DNA of 64,000 nt from a virus. Lineage: Duplodnaviria; Caudoviricetes. Made by a program: the position numbers and the translations under genes. Positions within the stretch are counted from its first letter, which is position 1. Every line of letters starts with the position of its first letter. The DNA lies in the IMG/VR virus record IMGVR_UViG_3300044723_001152, positions 24,139 through 88,138 of that record; one strand, 5' to 3'. The notes beneath the pieces are model-generated. The model had not been told where the DNA came from and did not search any database. It saw nothing but the letters and a program-made list of their open reading frames with translations. Of the stretch, positions 57,460 to 64,000 are shown piece by piece.

Positions 57460-57735
57460 ATGAAACTTGAATTTAAAAACCTCCCTGATATACTTGACTT
57501 TATCAAGGACAAATCTAACAAAGACAGTTTGTTCTTGTTAGAGTGTGCGATTAGAGACGCTAAGTCTAACTCTAAACATGACTTCAAAAGAGGAGACCAT
57601 GTTATCTTTGGAAGACCTAACGGTCGTAAGAGACCTGGTGTCATCTTAACAGTTAACCCTAAGAAGGCTGTCATCAGAGACACCAACCTTGGTGGTATGT
57701 GGAGAGTTCCTTACTCTCTAGTGGAGGCAGCGTAA
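57460..57735 (+). CDS. early hypothetical protein with SH3/KOW-like C-terminus (91 aa)
   Basis: FKRGDHVIF...G.I...NPKKAVI...WRVPYSLV. Confidence 0.7.
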   Translation: MKLEFKNLPDILDFIKDKSNKDSLFLLECAIRDAKSNSKHDFKRGDHVIFGRPNGRKRPGVILTVNPKKAVIRDTNLGGMWRVPYSLVEAA

Positions 57736-57992
57736 TGAGAAATATGCTCTCCCATATGTTATACGATTTTATGTTTGACAATCAGATACCTTTCACTTTC
57801 CCAATGTATGGTGAAGTGTCATTGATGAAAAAAATTGATATCAAGTATCTGAAATCTGTTAAAGAGTTTATCAAAAAGAATAGACTACGATTAAGAGTTA
57901 GGTATCGTGGATCATCTACGGATACTTATAGACGTGACCCTAGTTATGTCTTAATGAATAATGCTCAAACTTTTGCCTTATATGAAAGGTAA
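57735..57992 (+). CDS. early hypothetical protein (85 aa; start at ATG 57735)
   Basis: TAATG overlap and GGAGG RBS; LRVRYRG motif. Confidence 0.65.
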   Translation: MRNMLSHMLYDFMFDNQIPFTFPMYGEVSLMKKIDIKYLKSVKEFIKKNRLRLRVRYRGSSTDTYRRDPSYVLMNNAQTFALYER

Positions 57993-58134
57993 TATATTTT
58001 GGATTATATTATTTGTAGCGGCACTTTTAGTGCCATTCTTCATTGGTCAAGCCATTGACGGTGAACTGTTTACCTTGAATTTAGAATTGAAAGAGTTTTG
58101 GAAGTTTGGTGTGAGGGAGTGTAGGTTATGTTAG
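57982..58134 (+). CDS. small membrane protein (50 aa)
   Basis: Hand translation MKGNIFWIILFVAALLVPFFIGQAIDGELFTLNLELKEFWKFGVRECRLC. Confidence 0.5.
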   Translation: MKGNIFWIILFVAALLVPFFIGQAIDGELFTLNLELKEFWKFGVRECRLC

Positions 58135-58271
58135 AGAAGATTTTGAAGTGTAAGATGAAGTATGATAAACTTGCCATGAGAGAACCAAGGAATGGTAGAC
58201 AAGTGTATGACCGTATCGTCTGGGAAAGACTTCGAAAAATCTTAATTCAACGATACGGTCGTTTTGATTAA
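58128..58271 (+). CDS. small basic protein (47 aa)
   Basis: Hand translation MLEKILKCKMKYDKLAMREPRNGRQVYDRIVWERLRKILIQRYGRFD; GGGAG RBS. Confidence 0.55.
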   Translation: MLEKILKCKMKYDKLAMREPRNGRQVYDRIVWERLRKILIQRYGRFD

Positions 58272-58462
58272 CCTCGAACTTCGTCCGCTGATACTTCAGG
58301 GACAACTATCTCAGGTTCACTCTCAAAAACAATCTTTGGTACTGGTACTTCATCAATCATCTTCGCAGCCTCTTCACCATATTGGTGACCAAGCCAGAAA
58401 GCGAATATAACTACCACTACATAGAAAAATTTTTTCCAGCGATTTTTTGTTATGTCTCTCAT
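58268..58462 (-). CDS. single-TM membrane microprotein (64 aa)
   Basis: WKKFFYVVVVIFAFWLG hydrophobic helix after a basic N-terminus. Confidence 0.65.
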   Translation of the reverse strand: MRDITKNRWKKFFYVVVVIFAFWLGHQYGEEAAKMIDEVPVPKIVFESEPEIVVPEVSADEVRG

Positions 58463-58470
58463 TGTGTTTC

Positions 58471-58632
58471 CTATTTGCCGTTATATCTCTGCCATACGTT
58501 GACAGCGATCCAAGCAATTAGACCCCACTTGACTACTGCCATTACTGGTAGTATGCCTGTAAAGATTGATACCGCTAATAAAATTAGTCCGTAATCTTTC
58601 CATGCGCCTAAATCTTTGATCCATTTATCCAT
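58471..58632 (-). CDS. two-TM membrane microprotein (53 aa)
   Basis: Hand translation MDKWIKDLGAWKDYGLILLAVSIFTGILPVMAVVKWGLIAWIAVNVWQRYNGK; AAGGAG RBS. Confidence 0.7.
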   Translation of the reverse strand: MDKWIKDLGAWKDYGLILLAVSIFTGILPVMAVVKWGLIAWIAVNVWQRYNGK

Positions 58633-58657
58633 TGTTTTTCTCCTTGTTTAATTTTGT

Positions 58658-59515
58658 TTAGAACGTAAATTTCGCACCTGCGCTATAATGTTGTAGGTCT
58701 GTGCCAGTATCTAAATCGTCTTGTTGCATCTCAGCATAGACGGTTAGACTTTCTGTCATATCATGGCTCAACCCATAAGTCATATACGTTCCTGTACCTT
58801 CTTTATCTCCGTAACCAACTGTCAATGCTTTCCATCCAATCGTTGCTTCCATACCAGTTAGATCCGTTGCCGCATCCTTAACAGTATAAGTTGAAGCGAT
58901 TGTTAAATCACCTACAGTTGTTGAAGCGCCACCGCCCCAATAAGAGATATCGTTAACCACATCATCAGCGTATCCTACTGATACATCAATGCCACTCATA
59001 CTATGAGAAAGCGAACCCTCCCACATATCAATACCATCTTGCCCAGCGGAACCATCAATCATAGCCATGACACTTAAAGAGCCATTGTCCAATTTGATTG
59101 TGTTCGATGAACGGTCACCATATTTGAATACAGCGTTTGATCCATACACACTAAAGTTAGCAGTCTTACTAACCCATGAATGTGCCTGACGACCAGCAGT
59201 GATAGATACACCGTTATTCTCTATACCAACATATGCCAGCCTAGAGTCCAGTGTGTCTGATCCATTATCGTCAACGTCAACGCCCACTTCCAACTTAGCG
59301 ATACCCGATATGGAACTTCCTTCATCAAAACTTTCGATAACATCTATACCTAGGATTGATCCGTTGTTCTCCAACTTATCGTGTGCCACGCCTGAAGTGT
59401 TCTCATCGTGTGACCATTTGTAGTTAAAGGTACCATACGGTGTGATATCCGCAGCCATAGCCTGATAGGCAAATAGCGACATGAATACCGCCGTAATAGT
59501 AATTAATCTTAACAT
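58658..59515 (-). CDS. Gram-negative outer-membrane porin (285 aa precursor; start at ATG 59515)
   Basis: Signal peptide ending AMA-A; SILGI, KLEVG, SRLAYVGI, GRQ, LTVYAE; C-terminal YSAGAKFTF; GGAGA RBS. Confidence 0.85.
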   Translation of the reverse strand: MLRLITITAVFMSLFAYQAMAADITPYGTFNYKWSHDENTSGVAHDKLENNGSILGIDVIESFDEGSSISGIAKLEVGVDVDDNGSDTLDSRLAYVGIENNGVSITAGRQAHSWVSKTANFSVYGSNAVFKYGDRSSNTIKLDNGSLSVMAMIDGSAGQDGIDMWEGSLSHSMSGIDVSVGYADDVVNDISYWGGGASTTVGDLTIASTYTVKDAATDLTGMEATIGWKALTVGYGDKEGTGTYMTYGLSHDMTESLTVYAEMQQDDLDTGTDLQHYSAGAKFTF

Positions 59516-59579
59516 ATTTTCTCCTTGATTAATTTTAAACTCAACACCCAGAAAGGGTGGATAATGTATTACCTCATGT

Positions 59580-60302
59580 TTATTTATACTTCTCGTCAAA
59601 TGTCTCTGTGTATATCCTGTCCACATCCTCTTGGGACTCTAAGACGTATGCCGAAATATGAGTGTAGGCGTTCTTTTTTGCCCATAGTATCCTACGACCA
59701 CCAGCCTGCCACTTTCTATATTTACCATTCATTCTACGTACCATGATAGGGTGTAACATGCCATTCTGATCCATGTCCTCGAATAGTTCCCTATAGTTTA
59801 TCCCCCTAGCGTCAGCGTATGATTCCCAGTTGCCAGTGACGTTGTCCCACTTGAAAGTGAGTTCATCTAGTGGTATGAGTTGATGGTGTTGTGGGTGTGT
59901 AATTTCTTTTGCGATTAGTTCTTTCACTTCATCATTCATATATTTTTTCCAATAGTCTTCGCTGTTACAATAATTAAATATCTCTAAGTATATATTATCG
60001 TTAGTTGCCTCGTAACAGTCGATGTGTGTATAACCATGTTCCTTCGCATACCATAGTCGTTGATTGCCCACAGCGACCTTATCGTTGTTCCAGGTATTGA
60101 TGATAATTGGATGGGTCATACCATGTAGTCGTATATCCTTATAGAGGGAATACAATCTATGTCTCTGTTGCTTTCGTTCTTGTCCTCCGAGGAATACTTT
60201 ACGTTGGTCGATACTATCGCCTAGACTTGTAATCTCTCTTACTGTATGATATTGTGGAAACTCTATGTGATTAGCAGTTAATACTTTTCTGGAAAGCAGC
60301 AT
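59580..60302 (-). CDS. tandem ParB/sulfiredoxin-like N-terminal-domain protein
   Basis: Two repeats: GMTHPII...VGNQRLWYAK..GYTHI and GMLHPIM...AGGRRILWAK..AYTHI. Confidence 0.65.
   Translation of the reverse strand: MLLSRKVLTANHIEFPQYHTVREITSLGDSIDQRKVFLGGQERKQQRHRLYSLYKDIRLHGMTHPIIINTWNNDKVAVGNQRLWYAKEHGYTHIDCYEATNDNIYLEIFNYCNSEDYWKKYMNDEVKELIAKEITHPQHHQLIPLDELTFKWDNVTGNWESYADARGINYRELFEDMDQNGMLHPIMVRRMNGKYRKWQAGGRRILWAKKNAYTHISAYVLESQEDVDRIYTETFDEKYK
59581..59588 (-). promoter_or_regulatory. T4 late promoter TATAAATA upstream of the porin
   Basis: Exact consensus overlapping the last codons of the ParB-like gene. Confidence 0.65.
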
Positions 60303-60817
60303 TATATGTATAACGAAACGAAGTTAAATGAGATAGATTTTCTAACAATATTTTTATTTTTATTTGGTTCCACACTATGTTGTAACCATGACGGGAAGAT
60401 ATACAAGGTGTTGTTATCTGGCGTCAGCGCAATCTTCTCCGTATTCATCACATCTGGTCGTTTTATCGTCCTAGGGTTCCAATCATAGTTGATGTAGTTA
60501 CATGGATGGTGAAGGACCAATCGACCAGTGTTCTCTCCTGTTGATAGATAGACCACACCTGATAGTGTCACACCAGGGTGGACGTGTGTCTCGTTATGGT
60601 CACCAAACTTGTTCTCATTATACCATGCGTTGTTGAGTTTCACATCGTGTAACCCAATCTGGTCAGCGAAGGTGTTGGCGTGACGTTCCAACGCTGGCTT
60701 CGCCTGTTCCGTCAGGACGATATTGTGTTGTTCGCCAGAACCAGAACCAATCCTAGGCTGAACTAATGTGTGTCCACCCAACTCGATACGACCTGTGTAG
60801 AATGGTATACTAAACAT
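60302..60817 (-). CDS. putative 2OG-Fe(II) oxygenase (TIGR02466-like)
   Basis: AWYN...HNETHVHP...LSGVVYL, YIFPSWLQHSVEPN, RKSISFN. Confidence 0.85.
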   Translation of the reverse strand: MFSIPFYTGRIELGGHTLVQPRIGSGSGEQHNIVLTEQAKPALERHANTFADQIGLHDVKLNNAWYNENKFGDHNETHVHPGVTLSGVVYLSTGENTGRLVLHHPCNYINYDWNPRTIKRPDVMNTEKIALTPDNNTLYIFPSWLQHSVEPNKNKNIVRKSISFNFVSLYI

Positions 60818-61487
60818 CTTCTCGTATGAATGGCATGGACCGTGAAGCCGCGAGTGGTGTCCCCTTACTGATGACGGAGGTCACAAAGGTAATCATCGTT
60901 AATCTTTCTTCTTTACTATCGAAACCCTGTGCCCCATGCCACAACTGACTATCGAAAGCCATACACCTATTGAAGATGTTACTTACCCGAGTGTCCTCGA
61001 TGAACTGCCCATTGTGTAGCCCTCTTGCCTCATCTGCCACCTCCTTCGAAACATTCTTCTTGTAATACTGTACCTTGGTCGTCTGTAGATCCTCTCGTAT
61101 GTCCTCATTACGTTTCTTGTATAGACATGTACCAGTATCCGCCCTAGCCCCTGGTGTGAGGTAGTTTATTATCGTGTGGGTATGTGGGTAGTCACTATGT
61201 ATCCAACCCTGTTCCTCACCAGTAATCTTTTGAAAATATGTCTGAGCCTTGACACCAAACATGCCAGACGTTATGTATTCGTGGTCGTAGAACTGTAGAT
61301 AGAAACGTTTGATGAAGTAATTAAAAAATTCTTTATCTATGTCCTCTAAAAGTAGTGAGCGAACACCTGGCCAGTTCCCGCTTGACGATGGTTTGTACTC
61401 TAAACCAGGTCTGTTCGCAAGGTCGATGACATACCATGGGTCATCAAAGAAGTTGTCTGTTATCGTGGTAGGAAAATGTATCATCAT
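60810..61487 (-). CDS. DUF6445-like 2OG-Fe(II) oxygenase (start at about ATG 61487)
   Basis: ITDNFFDDP, WPGVRS, WIHSD, YLTP...GTCLY, FNRC..FDS..WHG, RLT. Confidence 0.75.
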   Translation of the reverse strand: MMIHFPTTITDNFFDDPWYVIDLANRPGLEYKPSSSGNWPGVRSLLLEDIDKEFFNYFIKRFYLQFYDHEYITSGMFGVKAQTYFQKITGEEQGWIHSDYPHTHTIINYLTPGARADTGTCLYKKRNEDIREDLQTTKVQYYKKNVSKEVADEARGLHNGQFIEDTRVSNIFNRCMAFDSQLWHGAQGFDSKEERLTMITFVTSVISKGTPLAASRSMPFIREDV

Positions 61488-61546
61488 AAAAATCTTTCTG
61501 AGGGCGGGCAACGTTTAGGCGTCACCCTTCCTAAATTAACCCTCCA

Positions 61547-61650
61547 TGGTACGGTCTGCCAGATTTGAACTGGCATGTCTCTATCCTTATTGGACATAAA
61601 CGACTTGTATTCGTAGTCCAAGTTGCGTCTACCTCTTCCGCCAAGACCGC
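61547..61650 (-). tRNA. atypical 104-nt tRNA-like gene: Leu-type (class II) body, extended anticodon arm with ACG apex, encoded CCA
   Basis: Acceptor GCGGTCT/AGACCGT plus ACCA; D-arm GCG-GAAGAGGTAGA-CGC; ACTTG/CAAGT stem around GA-CTACGAA-TA; 10-bp variable stem with one mismatch; T-arm GCCAG-TTCAAAT-CTGGC. Confidence 0.8.
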
Positions 61651-61662
61651 AATAGTATATAG

Positions 61663-61974
61663 TCAGACGGAAAAAGAGGTCCCACAACCACAACTCGATT
61701 TTGCCGCTGGGTTACTGAACTTGAACGTAGCCCCGAAATCGTCCTTGTCATAGTCTATCTCCGTACCTGCAAGGTATATCTCATACATCTTATGTACGAG
61801 GAGTATGTCATCTACGATCCTATCGTCCCTAGTTTCCTTATCATCAAAACTCCACTCGTACTCGTAACCAGCACAACCACCAGCCTTCACATCTAACCGT
61901 ATAAATTCCTTATTGTGTTTCTTTCTTAAATCTCGTAAATGCTCGTAGGCATTATCTGTAAGTGTTATGTCCAT
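61663..61974 (-). CDS. A-type Fe-S cluster carrier (HesB/IscA/SufA/ErpA family)
   Basis: GGCAGYEY, GTEIDY, FKFSNP, CGCGTSF; CTAAATA late-promoter variant at 61980-61986. Confidence 0.93.
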   Translation of the reverse strand: MDITLTDNAYEHLRDLRKKHNKEFIRLDVKAGGCAGYEYEWSFDDKETRDDRIVDDILLVHKMYEIYLAGTEIDYDKDDFGATFKFSNPAAKSSCGCGTSFSV

Positions 61975-61990
61975 TTAAGTATTTAGAATG

Positions 61991-62079
61991 TGGCCAGTTC
62001 CGCCCTAATACACCCTAACATATCTCCTAGTATCTTTATTACATTTATAGATTGCTTCGCCATGGCCAGTTCCGCCCTA
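61991..62079. repeat. 17-bp GC-rich direct repeat, two copies 72 nt apart
   Basis: TGGCCAGTTCCGCCCTA at 61991-62007 and 62063-62079. Confidence 0.85.
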
Positions 62080-63117
62080 GTTAAGGTTTATAGGGGAACC
62101 ATTGATATCGTTCTCACCAGAACTATCTAACAACATCTTATCACCACTCGATATCGTAACCTTATTAGAAGCATCCAATCGAAAGTTATCACAGGTCATA
62201 TTGATATCATCGTTCACAAACATATTGACGTTACCATTGACATGAAAGTTACATGAACCAGACCGTACCATAATATTAAAGTTAGAGTTAGACCCTACTT
62301 CGATATCATAGTTATTACCAGAACTATCAGATTTATTTACTTTTACCTTGAGAGAACCATCAATCGTCTCTATACTATCACCCTCTATGAGAGAAGACTT
62401 AGAACTAGACACCACTTCAAACATCTTAGCAACCACATGACTAACTAAGGTACCATCGTTACTATACTCGAAGTAGGAACCACTAGAGTGAGAGAGTAAT
62501 ATACGGTTATGGTCACTACTATCATCGAACTCGAACAAGTGCCCGGTCTCTGTACTATACACATGGTTATAGGGGTACTCAGGCTTATACGTGCCATTCA
62601 CAACGAGTGGTTCATCGAAGGACCCACCACTACTACCAGTCACACTCAGTGCCTCCCCTACAGTAGGGATCTCAAAGCCATCGAAGTCCGCACTGGCTAC
62701 TGCTACCTTACGTATAGCGTCCCGTCCTACAGGATTACTCGCTGTGCTACTGCCTCGTGCATTCTCGTGTACATCACTGGTGTTGGATTCCCTAGGGTAT
62801 GTGCCACTACCATCACTAAAGCCTATAGTGCTATCAACACTCGTAGGGCTTATGCCAGGTAGTCCCCCTAGGACGTATGGCTCCTGCCTATCAGCATCGA
62901 AGAAGGATACCAGGACCCATGTGCCCTCCACGTAGAACGATGGTGTACTGCCAAGGCCACTCATGGCCCCATCATGGCTTATGACTGTGGCCCATGGGAG
63001 GTCCTGTGTAGGTAGTGCCACCCTGTCCTCCGTGTGTAGGCCTAGTACCCTAACTCGTAGCCTGCCTAACTGTTTTGGATCTCCGCGGTCCTCTACAACT
63101 CCGTAATAATTCTTCAT
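62077..63117 (-). CDS. gp5: baseplate hub / cell-puncturing spike, no lysozyme domain visible
   Basis: GVVEDRGDPKQLGRLRVRVLGLH...DLPWA OB-fold; YPYNHV..TETGH..EFDD; beta-helix repeats at the C-terminus. Confidence 0.92.
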   Translation of the reverse strand: MKNYYGVVEDRGDPKQLGRLRVRVLGLHTEDRVALPTQDLPWATVISHDGAMSGLGSTPSFYVEGTWVLVSFFDADRQEPYVLGGLPGISPTSVDSTIGFSDGSGTYPRESNTSDVHENARGSSTASNPVGRDAIRKVAVASADFDGFEIPTVGEALSVTGSSGGSFDEPLVVNGTYKPEYPYNHVYSTETGHLFEFDDSSDHNRILLSHSSGSYFEYSNDGTLVSHVVAKMFEVVSSSKSSLIEGDSIETIDGSLKVKVNKSDSSGNNYDIEVGSNSNFNIMVRSGSCNFHVNGNVNMFVNDDINMTCDNFRLDASNKVTISSGDKMLLDSSGENDINGSPINLN

Positions 63118-63344
63118 AGGTCCTCTTTTTTGAAGCGATATGTGGTTTGTTTTGTCTCACTAACTACCCATCTCTTTTCATCTTTTGCGTAATGTAAAGA
63201 TTGTAAAGGTTTCTGTAAATCTTGTAAACTATCACCTCTGAATGATTCCAACTCAGCACCACGTTTCTTCATATAGGTAGTCATAAAATCTAGCACGTTA
63301 CTCCTGCGTATGGCCTCTATCCTGTTCTTTATATAGTCTAACAT
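63114..63344 (-). CDS. hypothetical protein (76 aa)
   Basis: ORF track; ATGA overlap with gp5. Confidence 0.55.
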   Translation of the reverse strand: MLDYIKNRIEAIRRSNVLDFMTTYMKKRGAELESFRGDSLQDLQKPLQSLHYAKDEKRWVVSETKQTTYRFKKEDL

Positions 63345-63345
63345 T

Positions 63346-64000
63346 CTACAGCCTATTCACCACGCTCGTAGGTGTCTGATACCTATTCTTGTTGTTTTCT
63401 GCTATACTTTGGTCATTGGATTCGTAGGTCGTCTCTACACTATTTCGTATCACCTCGCATGTGGTGACGTAGGCGTTATTATCTACACGATGGTTGATGG
63501 ATTCTACTAGGTAGTTCCCTGTGAGGAATACGTCATATGTCTTCTCGTCACTAGCGTTGGTGATTGGTTCGAAGTTTGGCATGGTGATGTGTATGATATC
63601 CCCTGCGGCTATGTTACTGTTACCATGCATCTCTATCTTTAACTTGATACCATAACTAGATGTGCTACGGAACTGGTCTGGCTGTAGTTCTCCCGTGTTA
63701 GAGTAGTCCGTCGAGTCTTCATCTCCTCTGGCGTATCGACACGTGGTCTCTGGTATGCTGTGTGGAATCGTTCGACCACATCTCTATCCTCGACCCTGTT
63801 CTTCTTAAACAATGCGGATTTACTACTGAATATGTAGCCCCTGTGGTTCTCAAAGAAACTGTATGACACGGCATTGTGTTGCGTTGATATGGACTTCTTC
63901 GCAGCCATACGAATGAACTCAAATGGATACATGTTGTTACCCTGTAGGTGTAGGAACTTGTTGGATTCCTCCACGCTCAAACTCTTTGATGTCTTTATGG
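63346..64000 (-). pseudogene. baseplate hub/tail protein (gp27-like), frame-disrupted and 5'-truncated by the window edge
   Basis: One frame is open from the window end (YPFEFI..AAKKS...FFENHRGY) and stops at 63639; a second frame, open from about 63786, carries the typical C-terminus HGNSNIAAGDII...GNYLVESINH. Confidence 0.6.

Larger units (their letters stand above)
57115..57463 (+). repeat. 42-nt direct repeat (-10 box, leader and start codon) at 57115-57156 and 57422-57463
   Basis: TATAGTATA(C/A)CTATAATAACAAAGAAAGAGACTATATTATGA, 41/42 identical. Confidence 0.9.

Noticed and set aside
57453-57686. 77-aa minus-strand ORF
   Set aside because: Antisense to 57460-57735, which has a promoter cassette and a plausible fold.
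59516-59626. 37-aa N-terminal extension of the porin ORF (similar extensions on gp20, PAAR and 57699-57992)
   Set aside because: Internal starts have clear RBS or coupling and give the expected N-termini; the late promoter lies inside the porin extension.
61368-61378. Third partial copy (TGGCCAGTTCC) of the 17-bp repeat
   Set aside because: Falls on the conserved NWPG codons of the oxygenase, so it is probably coincidental.
61484-61693. 69-aa minus-strand ORF and 62-aa plus-strand ORF (61565-61753)
   Set aside because: They overlap the well-formed tRNA-like gene and the Fe-S carrier gene, and have no RBS or recognisable motifs.
63719-63922. 67-aa minus-strand ORF
   Set aside because: Third-frame overlap of the hub gene with no supporting motifs.

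Overview
The window is 64 kb of a lytic T4-like myovirus genome of the marine cyanophage/pelagimyophage type. The host cannot be assigned from this window. Almost all real genes are on the minus strand, and the long plus-strand ORFs are antisense shadows. In transcription order (right to left) it contains: a broken baseplate-hub gene and gp5; an accessory island of about 5.4 kb; PAAR, gp25, gp6, gp7, a gp9/10-like fibre, gp8 and a 2003-aa VrlC/DUF4815 protein; five fibre genes built from shared repeat modules, with a 2OG-Fe(II)/JmjC oxygenase cluster embedded among them; neck, terminase, tail and head genes gp13-gp23 and gp3; uvsY, uvsW, gp55, gp47 and gp46; a GT-B plus TAGT/GREB1-like glycosyltransferase pair (candidate DNA hypermodification); and a partial HEXXH-peptidase/VWA gene. 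The accessory island holds an A-type Fe-S carrier, a 104-nt atypical tRNA-like gene, two oxygenases, a tandem ParB-like protein, a porin, membrane microproteins, a plus-strand early cassette and three microproteins below the ORF-track cutoff. About 20 T4-type late promoters (TATAAATA or variants) and six sigma70-type promoters can be read directly. The most novel-looking signals are a tRNA-like RNA with a Leu-type body and an Arg (ACG) anticodon apex, a 30-aa metallothionein-like peptide, a late-expressed porin, the glycosyltransferase pair, and a motif placed exactly 38 nt upstream of two early promoters. All family assignments come from motif recognition by eye; no database search was run.
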